Assembly: GCA_043228905.1 (NCBI GenBank)
Contig: JBHGNT010000005.1
Location: 19,406,001 to 19,470,000, forward strand
DNA length: 64,000 nucleotides
Direction of reading: 5' to 3'
From: Azolla caroliniana
Taxonomy: Eukaryota; Plantae; Polypodiophyta
Part shown: piece by piece, positions 46,883 to 61,401 of the stretch
Position numbering within the stretch: position 1 is the stretch's first letter
Layout: each line of letters opens with the position of its first letter
The notes under the pieces: generated by a model
What the model was told of the DNA's origin: nothing
Database searches by the model: none
What the model saw: the letters and a program-made list of their open reading frames with translations, nothing else
Translations under genes and position numbers: made by a program

Positions 46883-48600
46883 AATATGCAATACGTGCAT
46901 TCGATCCAACCTACTGCTAGTATCCTTATATTGAGTTGATTGAAATGTATAATCAGGTTCATCTCCCGTAATCCATTTCCATACATCCCTTAACATAACT
47001 TCGGTCTCAGAATTTCCCCACTCTTGAGCCTCTAGTACATTCATAATAGAGTGGATAGATGTTGATTGATCTACCTCACAACAAACATTAAAATCTCTCG
47101 TCAATAAACTCAATTAACCATTATCAAGCACTGAGATTAGAGATCTCCATAACAACTCCCCTTCTTGTGAAACATTTGATGCATACACACCAACTAACTA
47201 GAGTACTTGCCCTTCATAACATATCTTAACCACTATAAATCTTCTAAATTCAATTGAAATAATTAATTTTGGGTGAAATTTGTCTCTAATAAACATGAAA
47301 ATCCCCGAATAATCCCCATGAACATTGCCAACATAACATATTGTATAGGCCTTAGAATAAATAATTAATCCAACATTACGATGATCTTTATGCTCTATTA
47401 CAAATAAAAGATCCCATTGGTCATTTAACACAATCATCCAAAACTCGTGCATTCTAAATCTAGGACACAATACCTGCACATTCCATGTTGTGATCTTCAT
47501 ACTTTATTTTTTCCTTTAATCCGAGAAATCTCCTTCTTCGTCACTACTAATGTTTCAGCCATATCTTGAAATAAATCCCCAAGATTGCATAGGAATTACC
47601 ATGGGAATGCAAAACTCTAGCCCCCAATGACTCCTCTTGTGGATGAGGCACTAGTTTCTGCTTATTCCAAGAAGCATATGAATTACCTTTACTATCAAAA
47701 GACAACTTCTTTGGATAGTCCTCTTGACGATCATTACCTTTACTATTCCGCATGAATTTGTTTTGTTGAATTGGTATTAGCTTCTCCATGGATACATCCT
47801 TATCATTCACAACACGTTGTTCCTTTATTTGCTTTGAAATGGTTAAAGTTTGAATTTGATCATTGTTTGCAAGCTAATTATGTACAACTTCTACTGCATT
47901 ATTTCTTTTTCGAGGACACTCAGTCAGAAAATGCCCTAACACACCACAATGGAAACAATGTCTTGCAAATGTACCCCATTTAAGCCAAAAATACATGGGA
48001 GGCATACCTGAGCATGCAATTTGCAAACTACTTGGCCTCTTAATAGTTGTATTCCACAGATTACACATTCGATATCGATTTTGTGCATTAATACTAGGAG
48101 CTATCAAGATCTTTCCCAACTTTTCCATTGTTAATCGTAATATTGGAGAGACCATTGAATATGTGCACTCTATCTCATCCCATATAGGAAAATTTTGCTT
48201 GTCAAATATATCTTGGTATTCCACTAGACTAAGTGACCTCCAAGGAACAATATGAACCAAACATTTTTCATAAAAACTGAGCCCAATTAGCTTGTCTCTC
48301 GCCCAATTAGCTTGTCCATGAAACATATACGTTGACCACATCACAAGGACCCCCATGCTAGCTTGACAAAACTTCATTAGGGCCTTGATAACAACATGAT
48401 TGATCATCTTCTTCTGTTGATTGTCAAATTTGAGCATCACATGTATGATCAAACCCACAAGTGTTACCATGTACCACCAAGTTCTAGTCAAGGACACATA
48501 GTTCAATATCACAATAATTTGGGATGAAAGATCGAACTCATGTAAAAGCTTGTTTGTTTTCTAAAATGTTCATAAATTGTGCTACTGGATAAGCTAAATT
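46883..48600 (-). mobile_element. L1 LINE remnant (ORF1 with CX2CX4HX4C, endonuclease N-terminus)
   Basis: HCFHCGVLGHFLTEC, MKITTWNV, RDFN and SRLDR. Confidence 0.85.
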
Positions 48601-49199
48601 CAGTCATGTGTTGCATATATTTAGGAGATTCTTGATCAAAGACTAATATTTGTTTGTTCTTTGCATTTTTTGTCCTTTTTATACACCTTTAGTCCCACCC
48701 AAATGTGTAACATACTTGTAACCGTCGACTTGAATTCAAAACTCAAATTTTGCTAGAGCTAACCAAGATCCACTTTTGTCTGCCCAATTGGGATCTAATT
48801 GACCTCATATACCACAAGGATCATTATGCACTCACCTTTTGTTTTTAAAAAAAACAACACAATGTAAACACCTCTCAATTTTTTTCCCTTTAAGAATCTA
48901 TTAATTCGCTAATACATTCCTTTAGTGCCCACTTCAACCCATGCAAAGTTCTCCACAAGATCAACACATCTCCTTCTTAATCGTGTACTTAAAGCTTGTT
49001 CGTTGCTCCATAAACACCACATCCATGATATATTCACTCATTAAAGCATATTCTACATACACAAGGTATCTTGGCCAACTTCACAATGTTTATGTACACT
49101 ATTAATCATTTCAGCCTTGTCGTTGATGTGAAGGACTCCTCAACATATGCACCACTTAGATGCCCTTCGGCCATGCGTTTTTCCTTGTGTTTGGCCATT

Positions 49200-52100
49200 G
49201 AGTATTTACAAATGTAGCCATTGCTACTGTCATTCCTATTACGGCAATGATAGATATTCAATCGACAAGTCAATTAGTCGACTTCAACGTCGACTGTCTA
49301 GTTGGCCTTATCTTCGACCATTCGGTCAGCTCAACTAGTTGGGCGTGTCTTCAACTTGGACTCTCCTACTGTCGGCTCCTCATGTCTTCGATTGTCGATA
49401 CTCGGCTTGACCAATCGGCTGCTTCCATAGGAGGGACATATTCCTAACAAACTCCCCCTTCACTCCTATGGGTGGAGTCTGTTAGTCCTGTCCTTTGTCG
49501 ACATACTCTGAGTCTGTCCATCGGTAGGTTCTTTGTCAACATGTCGGATCCATTTTCATCAGTATGGATCTTCATCAGGGTAAACTCTTCTTCTTCCACT
49601 TTCTCCCGCAACCAATGATATCTTCTATGTATGTGCTTGGTTCGGGAGTGGTACACAACATTCTTTGCTAGATGTATGACACTTTGGCTGTCACAATGAA
49701 GCAAGAACTCCCTTTGCTTCATCCCCAACTCGTTGAGGAAATTTTTCATCCAGATTAGCTCTTTGCAGGCCTCTACCACTGCCATGTACTCTGCCTCTGT
49801 GGTCGACAACGCCACAGACTTCTGCAGTCGTGACTGCCACGACATTGCTCCCCCTGCATAGGTCATTACGTACCCCGAAGTGGATCGACTTGTGTCTGCA
49901 TCCCCCGACATGTCCGAGTCGGTAAACCCTTCAAGCATGGATTTTCTGACACCATACCTAAGGCACACCCCCGAGGTGCCTTTTAAGTATCTGAGTATCC
50001 ATTTTACAGCTGCCTAGTGTTCTCTACTTGGATTACTCACGTATCGGGTTACTGCTCCCACAACAAAAGCTATGTCTGGCCTCATAGAGACCATAGCATA
50101 CATTAAATTGCCGACGGTTGAGGCATACAATACTTTCTTCATCTCAGCCTTTTCTTTCTCCCCCCTCGGGCATTGCTTGGCATTCAACTTGCAGTTGGTC
50201 AACAACACAGAGCCGATTGGCTTTGTCTCCGACATGTTGAATCTCTCTAGGATCTTAGTCACGTATTTCTCTTCTGACAACCACACCACTTTCTTAGTTC
50301 TATCTTGAACTATGTGCATCCCTAAGATCTGCTTTGCCGGTCCAAAATCTTTCATGGCAAACGACTTGCACAATGCTTTCTTCAAGCTCACAATCCTCTT
50401 CGTGTCTTGTCTGACTATCAACATGTCATCCACATATAATAAGAGAATTAGGAAGTCACCTTCATCGTACCTTTTGACGAACACACAGTGATCAACCTGT
50501 GTTTTTTGAAACCTATGTTCCACCATGAAGGATTCAAACTTCTTGTACCATTGGCGCGGAGCTTGTTTCAACCCATACAAGCTTTTCTTCAGTCGACACA
50601 CCCGGTTCTCTTTTCCCTTCTCCACAAAGCCTCCAGGTTGCTGCATGTAGATTTCTTCATCCAGCTCCCCGTGCAAGAATGATGTCTTGACATCCAACTG
50701 TTCGATCTCCAGATCCATTCTCGCAGCAATGCTCAGAAAAATTTGGATGGATGTCATCTTCATGACTAATGCAAATATTTTGTCGAAGTCGACACCCTTT
50801 TTCTGTTGGAACCCCTTCCCCACAATGCAGGCTTTAAATCTGGGTGTGCTGTCAACTTTTCTAGTCTTCACCTTGTAGACCCATTTGTTTTTGAGTGCTC
50901 TCTTACCTTTTAGTAGTTTTACCATGTCATAGGTGTAGTTGTCATGCAAGGAGTCTATCTCATCTTGCATTGTACTCTGCCATTTCTACTTGTGCTTGTC
51001 GGCAATGGCTTCTTCATAGCACTCAGGTTCACCTTCATCAGTCAAGAGGATGTATTGATTGGCATATGTAGTCGATGCTCTGCTTTCTTTGAGTGGGTAT
51101 CTTCTTCCACTTGTTGTTGGCTCCAGCCCGGATGTCTCTCCCGATTCCCCTCTTGGTTCGGGTTCATATGTGTCGATCAATCGTTGAGGATTTGCCGATT
51201 CTCACTCATAGTCCTCGATCGACTTCCATAAGTCCGCGGACTCCAACTCCCCTGTGTTGGTCGGTACCTCCGAGTCGACTGACTCGTATACGGTTGTGCC
51301 GACTAGCTATCTTCGAGCAGCCAATTGTGTTAGTTCACTTGGCCTTAAGTCGGTGGTAGTGGGAGTTGACTGGGAAGTCGCTTCTGACTTTTGTTGCTTC
51401 CAGTCCTCAATCGTTTTGTCTTCCAAGAAGACTACGTCCCGACTCCTCACTACCTTCTTGTTGACTAAGTCCCACAACCTGTAGTTGAACTTGTCCTCCG
51501 AGTAGCCCATAAATATACATGGTTTCAACTTACTATCGAGCTTCCACCTTTGATCCTTTGCAACATGCATATACACTAAGCATCCGAACACCCTCAAGTG
51601 TCGGTAGGAGACATCCTTTCTTGTCCATACCTCTTGTGGGACATCACCTTTCAATGGTATTGAGGGGGACCTATTGATCAGGTAAACAAGTGTGTACATC
51701 GCCTTAGCTGAGTACGATTTAGGTAGCTTGGCATGCGACAACATGCTTCTTACACTCTCCATAATCGTTCAATTCATCCTCTCTACAAGCCCGTTCAGCT
51801 TAGGGGTCTTTGGTATAGTGTATTAGATTCGAATACCCTGGGCCTTGTAGTATTCCTCAAATTGCCCTTTATGTTCGTCACCATTGTCGGTTTGGACAAC
51901 CTTCAACTTCTGACCTGACTCCCGTTCGGCTCTAGCCCAGAACTCCTTAAACATTGACAATACTTGATCCTTCAACTTCAATACGAAGGCCCATGTCTTC
52001 CGACTATAGTCGTCAATAAACGTTACAAAGTACTATCTACCTTGATGCAATGGAGCATCTACATAGCACACATCCATGTGTACTAGTTCCAGTGCAACTT

Positions 52101-54123
52101 CTCTACTTCTTGGTGGTCTTGTGTAGAATGTTGTCCTATTCTGCTTTCCGACTAAGTAGTCGACACACTTCTCCAAGTGTACTCCTTTCACTTCTGGGAG
52201 AAGTTCCTGGTCGGCTAGGATGTGCATTCCTTTCTCACTCATATGGCCTAGTCTCTTGTGCCATAACTCTCCACTCGAGTCAGTTGCCACATTCACTTCC
52301 GACTTGCACAACCAGGCATGCATCATGTACAGTGTGCCTTCTTTCTATGCTCTAGCCGCTATGAGGTTTCCACGGCAGAACTTCCACTTGCCGTTCCAGA
52401 AGCTACCATTGAAGCCTTTGTTGTCCAAGCTTCTAGTCGATATAAGATTCAATATGATATCAGGGACATGTCGAACTTCCCTCAGTATCAGTCGATAACC
52501 AGTTGACGTTGTCAGGCACACGCTTCCAATGCCGCCTATCTTGCACTCTCCATGATCTCCCATCATTACATAGCCATGATCCCCAACTATGTAAATCATA
52601 AAACACTCTCTCAATGGAGTTATATGGAATGATGCACCTGAGTTGATTACCTAGGTGCACTCTTCGCTTGCAGGATTTGTGCTTGCCTGCTCACAAATGA
52701 GCAGGATCTCCTCTGCACTCATAGCTACGACCGATGTGCTCTTTTCATCAGGAATCTTCCTAGGTTCGACATTATTTCCGACACTCTTGTCCTTCTTGAG
52801 ATGTTGACAGTCCTTCTAAAAGTGTCCAGGATTTCCACAATAGAAGCATGTTAGCTTACCTCTGGCATGGAACTTTTCTCTCCTTGGTGAACTCCTTTGC
52901 CAGTTCCTTCCTCTGCCGGTATGTTGAGTCAAATTTGACTCCAACTGGGAGAGGACACTCTTGTCCTTCCTTCTTGTCTCCTCATTCAAGATGCTTGTAT
53001 TTGCCGCTTGTAGAGACAAGTTGTCTTCTTGACATGAGGTGCTGAGAGCTACCACAAGGTTCTTCCAGTTGTCCGGCAAGGTACACAATAGTAGGATGGC
53101 CTGCATTGCATCTTCAAGGGGAAACTTAGTTGCCGCAAGTTGGTTCACATACCCCATGAATGTGCTTATGTGTTCAACTATGCTTTCCCCGTCCCTGTAT
53201 TTCAGCCTCACATATAAGCCTAACAACTTCTACCACATCTCGTAGGCATTTGTGTCGTTTGCTACATGTTGAAGGACACTTACATCGACACACTGTTGGA
53301 TGGTGGCCACTGCCTTTCTGTTAAGAAGTTTTCATTCAGACTCTAATACCCTCGTGGATATTTCTGCTCTGTCGATTGGCTCATACAGATCTTTGACTAT
53401 GAGAAGGTCCTCCAACTTTATCTTCCAGTCCCCATAGTTTTGAGAGTTTAGAACTATCATGCCTGGGAACCCGCTTACACCTTCCATCTTCAGCCAAGCT
53501 CTAATACTAGTTTGATGGGATTAGCTCCCTTTTAATCGTGAGAAAGACCGACTGTGGAATATACAATATTGCGGAAAGACAAAAACACAACAAATACACG
53601 AATACACAGTTTTAGTGGAAACTCTAAACGAGGAAAACCACGGGAACAAAGATTCCACTATACACAACAGAGTAAAAGAAACGGTTACAATCTTCTTTGA
53701 TACACACAGAGGATAACCTGCTTAAGGTTCTTAGCAAGTTCGCTGAACTTTGTTGCTGCTCTCTCTCACGCTCACACAAACTCTCTTCTCTGTTACGCTA
53801 CCCTATAGAGGCTCACACACTATTCTGTTCTACACACACTCTACGTTTGCCTTAAGTGTATTTATACTTATACACTGTATGAGCTATTTACAAATGTAGC
53901 CACTGCTACTGTCATTCCTATTACAACAATGATAGATATTCAGCTGACTAGTCGACTTTAGCGTCGACTGTCCAGTCGGCCTTATCTTCGACCATTCGAT
54001 CGGCCCGACTAGTTGATCGTGTGTTCGACTTGGACTCTCCTACTGTCGGCTTCTCATGTCTTCGATTTTCAGTACTCGGCATGACCAGTCGGCTGCTTCC
54101 ATAGGAGGGACATATTCCTAACA
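49200..54123 (-). mobile_element. Decayed Tork-like copia F (5' LTR 53513-54123; truncated 3' LTR ~49200-49449)
   Basis: Gag to RNase H fragments, degenerate PBS ~53498-53509, PPT ~49452-49462, shared LTR sequence ending ttcctaaca. Confidence 0.9.
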
Positions 54124-54199
54124 TTTAGACCGAGGCTCATGTGCCGAAAGAATGTAATTCATGTCTCATTGGATCCTTCACCTTATATGATCTCCACAT

Positions 54200-54580
54200 T
54201 CTAGCTCTTACTCTTGGGCCATTTGGAATTCTATGTTTGTGATATCAATTCCTTCCTATGGCTCAAATACTTTGTTATCTAAGTTCATTGATCTCTATGA
54301 ATTCCACATCTCGATTGAGTATGACATTGTTGCATCATAGTTTGTAGCCCTTACACTTTGAATTATGGCAAATAGAACAGATTCTTGTTCGTGGCATCCA
54401 ATTAGTTTTACACTTGTTAGGCAAGTGTATGTAACATATGTAGCTGAAATGTTTGAAGATGTGTTGGGGAACATTTATTCACCTTAGTAGGACTCTCGTA
54501 AGCCTGTTTTCTCCACAACCAATGTGAAACTAGATGATATAAATTTAGGCGTTAACTATTGGGTTTCAAAATGATAATTG
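54200..54580 (-). mobile_element. Highly decayed copia integrase C-terminal fragment
   Basis: Minus strand reads KGYKL and LNRDVEFIE. Confidence 0.45.
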
Positions 54581-56907
54581 TTTTGTTTTGTCAGCATGTT
54601 ATGAAATAAATAAAAATGGATTTTTTATTACAAAAGGCAATATTATACTCATTGATCCAAGGTCCAAAAGCACGTGCTTTAGCGATAGACTACTACATTC
54701 ATTTAGTGAAGGATTAGCTTGTAAATCTATAACCAATATTTTGTTAGATTTAATATTTTCATGATGCTTTGGCATGATAATGTGTTGTTTGGGGGGGTGC
54801 ATGATCTCAATTTAGATATACGAAGAATATTTACAATGAATCCAACACAAAATTTATTGGTCAATACATGAATTTGCAACATTTAAGATTGCAAATGGTC
54901 AAGAATTTAATAAAACAAGCTCACAAATGTTTGATAGTCACTTATTAAGACAAAATTTATGGGTAAATAACGGCAATGATTTCACATCGATGGTTCAGTT
55001 TTTTGTGCTTTGGGTCACATGTGAAAAAACTTATAATCTATGTTATAGCTAAGGCAAAATTAAGTACCATGCTTGATTTTGAGTTGTCCAAATGAAGGCC
55101 GTAATCATTAACAAGGCAAAATCAAGATGCCAATGAACATGTAAACATAAACAAATAACATGCGCCCATTTAAATCAATGTTTTGTCGGGTTACTTTGGA
55201 ACTTTCAAACTTTGAAAGTTTCTTAAAAAAGCACATAAGATTAAATCAAATGCATATGAATCAACAAATTTCCATGGAAAGGATAAAGCATAAGTGTTGA
55301 AACTAAAAATATGGGAAGAGAAAAAGAAGAGGTGATTACAGTTATTATCGGAAATATACATTCAATGAAACATGGTTGATTGGAATGACATCATTCATTG
55401 ATGCCAAGTCGACAAGTTTGATTATATTAGTAATCTGATTTTGACTTTGTCATATGAAGACAAAAAAATTGTTTTGAAGTGTTGGAATGTGAAAAGTGAA
55501 TTTGAAAAGCCTTATTTATTGGAGAAATTATTATTGTACATGATCCCAATTTGAGAACATGATGATGTTGTTTATAGCTATGACATCGTCCATGTTTCAA
55601 ATTTGTTACTTGGGGCTTGAACTCATAATGCACAAACATTTCGATGTGAAATGTTGTGACGATGTAATCTCATGAAGATGTAGATTCATCCAATTGAATT
55701 CACAGGAAGCATATGTGAGAATGCCACTTTACCTAACCTTGTATTTTATATTATTGTCATTAGACATTTGTTTTTCTTTTTCCAGTGTTTTTGAGTAGTG
55801 AGTGCATGTTGCAATGTAAACAATATTTCTTCGATACCAACCCACTTAGCATATTCCAACGACTTTTGTAGGTAGTGTAACAATTGTTGCATTAAAAGTT
55901 TTTCACATGACACATAAAACTATCATTTGATGTCGTATTTTAGAAGTCATAAACAACTTGTAAACGATCTTACTTTATCCTCATTGAGCAAATTATAATG
56001 AAACATTAATTAACAATGATTTTTTGTCAAGAAGATAAAATTTAATAGACCAAATTATGCCAACTAGAAAGTTATTGTGAAAGCCAATCAAACCTTAGTA
56101 TCTCAATCGACATGTCGACAACAAGTTTTCCATTGAAACATTAAATAAGAAAAATCTAACAAATATAATATATTTCAGAATATGAAACTCAATAAACATA
56201 GCAATTATCAACATTATTGTTGATACATTAGATAATTTCAAGGATAGTTGCCCTAAAATCATTTAGATAGTAGGTTAATACAACAAGATCAAGAGCATTT
56301 AAGCTTTGTTGTGTAGTCCTGCAGGGTCTTGGACCTAGGTTGATGCAAAGATTAGGTGGCCACAATGTAAGGGGCTCGAAGACTTGAAGGAGTCCAAGGC
56401 TCCCACAAGTTGGAGGCTCCTATGAGTCGAAGGCTTAGATGAGTTGAAGCCTCCCACGAGTTGAACGTTCCTCGGAGTTGGAGGCTTGAGGAGACAAACG
56501 TAGATGATACGAATTTAGCGAGGGAATTGAATGTTACCAAGGACTCTTGCGTAGATGTCGACATGAACATAGAAAAGGACGATTCCACGATTGCACAAGA
56601 TTAATGTTTGATTAGTAACAAATTCCAAGTTTTTGATGCCCAAATGTACTATTGGACTTTGAGTTTTTGTTACATGTGCCGAGTTGGCTTTACTAAAATA
56701 ATGCCATAATTTCTAATTTCTATGCTTTACAAGTCAAATAGTAAACCAAAATAGGAAACAAGAGATGATTACAAGTTAGCCACTAAGCAAAGAAAATGGA
56801 AATGAGGGTTGGGGAGGTAGTTAAATTCTGGTGAAGGTTCAAGTGAAGTGGGCCGCCGAGACCTCGTTGTCAACATTGAGACAAGATAGCAATAGAAAGA
56901 GCGAGAG

Positions 56908-56912
<5 letters not shown>

Positions 56913-56953
<41 letters not shown>
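56913..56953. repeat. (GA)n microsatellite
   Basis: Direct reading. Confidence 0.95.
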
Positions 56954-56955
<2 letters not shown>

Positions 56956-57382
56956 TTGGGCCCTAAGAATAAGGGAGCTCAATCTATGGATATGGAAAAA
57001 CAAAGTTTAGGGGTTATAGATAAAGGGAAAAAACCGTTGGATAGAGCTAGTAGTGATGTTGTTGTTGACAAAGATTGGCACCAAGTTAAGGGCAAGTCGA
57101 AGGGGAAATCAATGAATATGCAATGTAATAGTTTACCCACTACTTGTGAGACTAATTGGCAAGGTAATTCAAGAACTAGGTAGGGTCCTCGAAAAGTTCC
57201 TTGGCAACGACAATTTAGGGATAAGGGATTACTCCTTCACCTTCAATTTGATTCATTGGGACGAGTTGTAAATTCATTGAATTCTCGAGGTTTTTGTCAA
57301 GTGGGAGGACCTAAACAAAAGATTTCGATAGACAACCCTAAGGACGTGGTGCATGAATATCCATATGCAACATTGGAACATA
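56954..57382 (+). mobile_element. Possible LINE ORF1 N-terminal remnant
   Basis: DKGKKPL and DWHQVKGK low-complexity ORF1-like peptide; no diagnostic motif. Confidence 0.3.
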
Positions 57383-58367
57383 CTCGAGAGCATCCAATCA
57401 CATGACGTCCCATGAAGATTGGTTCTGAGAATTACGAAAGCCCGACGATCCGACTATGTCGAAACCAGAGATAATACGACTCAGCCAATTCGGCATGTCA
57501 GAAATGTTCCATTCGGAAATGACGGCAAACAAACCTACCTCAAGAATGTCTTGCATGTCCCAACCATCACGAATAACCTGGTCTCGGTCGACTAGATTTA
57601 CGGACAAGGTATGCAAGTACGATTCAATAATGAAGGGTGTTTCATCAAAAAGGACGATCAAATCATCTCTCATGGTCACCGAGAAGGCAAGATGTTTTTC
57701 CTTGAATCAAAAGAGGTGAAATCGGCTATGTTTGCGAAAGGCCTTAATGTCGAAACCGACATGAAACTGTGGCACAAGCGAATTGGCCACATTAATCTCC
57801 AAAAGCTCCAGAACATGTAATCGAAAGGAGTTGTAATCGGACTCCTGAACTTTACCGAGAAGGAGATTACGAGCATGTGTGAGGCGTGCCAGTTTGGAAA
57901 ACAACGCCGACATCCATTCCCGAAAGAGAGGAATGTGAGCAAAGGATCCTGGATGTAGTACATTCAGATGTGTGGGGACCAGCCCAGACCGCAACATTCG
58001 GAGGTTGCCGCTACTATGTCATGTTCATCGACGACTTCTCCAGGCGCACCTGGATTTACCTTATGTGGCAGAAGAGCGAAGTGTTCGGACACTTCCAAAA
58101 GTTTAAAAATGAAGTCAAAAAAGCCTCAAGTCGGCACGTGCGATGCCTTCAATTAGATGGAGGAAAGGAGTATTTCTCGGACAAATTTACGACATATCTC
58201 CGAAAGGAAGGAATATGACGAGAATTCTGGTGTCAACATACACCTCAACAAAATGGTGTAGGTGAACGGAAGAATCGACACATAGTAAAGGTTGCACGGG
58301 CAACGATGAATGAGAAGAACCTATCGAAATTGTATTGGGCAGAAGCAGTGAACACAATCGTATATCT
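57383..58367 (+). mobile_element. Copia fragment G (protease to integrase; A/B lineage)
   Basis: SNHMTSHEDWF, LWHKRIGHIN, HSDVWGP, DGGKEY and YWAEAVNT. Confidence 0.9.
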
Positions 58368-59206
58368 AGTAGAAGGAAGTATTTGAAACAGAACTAGTTG
58401 TTCTAAGCAATGCCGAAATGGGTAAAGAACAAACAAAGCAAGCCGAGCAACCGGCGAGGAATCAACTCAACAAGAGCAAAGCACCCTTGAATTTTGGAAG
58501 AAAGTTAAAGGATTTTTTGTGAGTTCGGTTGTGAAGAGAGTTGTCCCACGGGCATGCCATGTGTTACCCATGTGGGTATGAAGTTGCCAAAAACCAGAAT
58601 GAAGTGTGAAAGGGCCGAAAGGCCAAAAATAGCCTGAAAGGGGCCGAATAGTTGAAAGTTGAAAAGGTGTGAAGCTGGAAATACTAACCTGGGGTTTACC
58701 CTTGGGAGTATCATCAACAAAATTGGTAGCCATAGAGCTTATTCAATAGATTGAAATTTACTGACTTTGTATACTATTATATCTCATGGGAATTAATATT
58801 ATAGCCGAATTAGTTAGTGCCAAATTATGCATTAATTAGAAAAAAATATATAAATACTATATTTGTAACGGTATGTCAAATGACATTGTAACTGTTAGAT
58901 TAGAAACGGTGTGCCGATCGGTATTATAACTTCTTCATTCTTTTCCTATATAAAGGGGCATGTGTAATGTATATGAGAGAGACTTAATATAAAGATATCT
59001 TTAAGCTATACATTGTTTGTGTTTGTTGTTTATGTGTCTGTGTTATATTCTAATTTCCTAAGTTAAGTGATGTGTGCATAAGCTGATTCAACCATCAACT
59101 TATTGTTAGTGGGAATTCCATATCTCTGACCACGATATTTGGTGAAGGGTATCTTGTCATTGGATATCGGACCTGTGTTTACTGAGAGAGTAACAAACAT
59201 CCAACA
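58368..59206 (+). mobile_element. Putative solo LTR without matching TSD, joining fragments G and H
   Basis: Abrupt end of G coding, TATA-like cctatataaagggg, ends ccaaCA; flanks differ. Confidence 0.5.
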
Positions 59207-59342
59207 AATCAACAAAGGTACAAACTTGATAAACTAAGAAATAGTGAGTCTAATAAAACATACATTAAGAATGAAATACAAAAATGCTATGGGTCCAACA
59301 ACTCATGGTAGAATGGAAGCTTTAGAGTCATCTGTAGATGTT

Positions 59343-60350
59343 GAATTGAACTCTAAAAAGGTATGGACCATTCACATTTGGATGCTATGAACACGAACCA
59401 AGACCTTAAGAAGAAGTCAAAAGTAAAAGCAAGAGCCACAAAGAAAAGTAAAAAGAGAAAAAGTGGGCCACAAAAAACAGTAAAAAAGGAATGGTCATAA
59501 CTCTTTCTTTTGTAACCCGAATATCATGTTTAAATATGGGTTAGAAAGCTTGTAAAGAGAGCTATCTATAGCGTTTTAAGTCTATAAATTTGGAGCTCGG
59601 ATGAGGGAGATATGACGATTAGAAGGTCGATGTGTCTTAACTAAAAAAAAAACCTCTGAAAATAATGTGAACAAGGAAGAAGAGGAAGATTATAAAAGAA
59701 GAAGTGATATATTTAAAGAGGGGGTTTTGGGAGTGGAAAAAAGAGTCTTAGAAGTGGAAGGAGGAAGGAGAAAGCGATTAAGGAAGAATAGTGAAACATA
59801 TTTGGGGGTTTAGGTGATTGGAAGTCTAGAAGTTGTTTGGTTTTTAGTTGAATTTGGAGTTTATCCCCTTTATATGGCCCTGATAGTTGAATATTATAAC
59901 ATTCTTATCTCTTCTTGATCTTCTCTACCTTTTGTCTTAATTTCGTGAGTCTCCCTCTGTAAGTCGTAGTTCCCTTGGTCGTTATAATCTATTTTAATTC
60001 ACAAATCTCTCTAATCGGCTTGGTCAAGCCCTCATATTGTGTATGCTTATCCTTTGTCTTATACACTCTATCATTTTGGCACTCCAGGGAGGGTTGATCC
60101 TTTCTGTATAGGAGGGAGAACTTATCCTTTCTTGGTGTTATTATACTACATTAACTTAGCAATGGTTCACCTTTTCGGGAGAAAGAACACAAGATGCTGG
60201 TGCCTTTTTGGCATCCTTTGAGCATCATGTCATCTCTATTGGATGCATCACCGACAATGAGCAGTTACCTTCGTTGGTAGCCACATTCTATGGTCGAGCT
60301 CGAGATTGGTATGACTCTCTTCCACCAAACGAACAAGGAGAATATCAATT
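59343..60350 (+). mobile_element. Ty3/gypsy LTR (to 60073) + PBS-like tggcactccagggagg + truncated gag
   Basis: Inverted homologue of 60980-62040. Confidence 0.8.
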
Positions 60351-61369
60351 GTGTCCCTCCTCTTGACAAGAATAACAAACTACTCCTTGAATTCCTCTAG
60401 AGACACCACCCTCGGGAATAGAGTTGTGAATTGCTTGGGATTGTCGCAAATGAGCCGTCACTTCATCAAAGCGCTAATTCAGCAAGGCCATAGTACCTTG
60501 TTCTCTCTTTCCTTGCTCCAGTTCTTGAGATATACTTGTTGGGTTTATTGTTGTGGTAGTATACACATTTGGAAACACTTGTCCACCATGCACAATTGAA
60601 GATGAGGTTTGAAGGTTGGCATAAGGCATCAAGTTTGCACCCAAAGCCGTCATTTGGGGGTCCCCCATGGAACTCATCATATTTACTTCTCAATCATAAG
60701 CTTGACAAACTTGGAGAAGAGCTTGAAAAGTTGTTGGATTCTTCAAGTTTACCTCCAAACGGAAATACATGTCAAGGCCCATCTTAAATTATTCTATCTT
60801 AAACCACTCGTTTTCAGTGCCACCACGAAGGCGAATCCATGTCGTCCACAAATCCTTGAAATTTCTTTCATATTCAATGAAACCAAGAGGTGATTCCATC
60901 TTGAGTCGAAAAAGTTCTTCCCTTACTTCGGTTGTACTTCGCCATTGAATATATCTAGCACGAAATTCATGCACCAACAATTGATATTCTCCTTGTTCAT
61001 TTGGTGGAAGAGAGTCATACCAATCTCGAGCTCGACTATAGAATGTGGCTACCAAAAAAGGTAACTTCTCATTATCGGTGATGCATCCAATAGAGACAAC
61101 ATGATGCTCAAAGGATGCCAAAAAGGCACCAACATCTTGTGTTCTTTCTCCCGAAAAGGTGAACTCCATTGCTAAGTTAATATAGTATAGTAACACGAAG
61201 AAAGGATAAGTTCTCCCTCCTATACGGAAAGGATCAGCCCTCCCTAGAGTGCCAAAATGATAGGGTGTATAAGACAGATGATAATCATACACAATATGGG
61301 GGCATGATCAAACCGATTAGATGGAGTTGTGAATTATAATAGATTATATAGACCAAGATAACTATGAAT

Positions 61370-61401
<32 letters not shown>

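Noticed and set aside
7089-48600. The two minus-strand L1 pieces as one element split by 37 kb
   Set aside because: The order is collinear, but base composition and decay differ strongly and no TSD links the junctions.
56911-57183. RE-repeat protein ORF
   Set aside because: The N-terminus is a translated (GA)n microsatellite.
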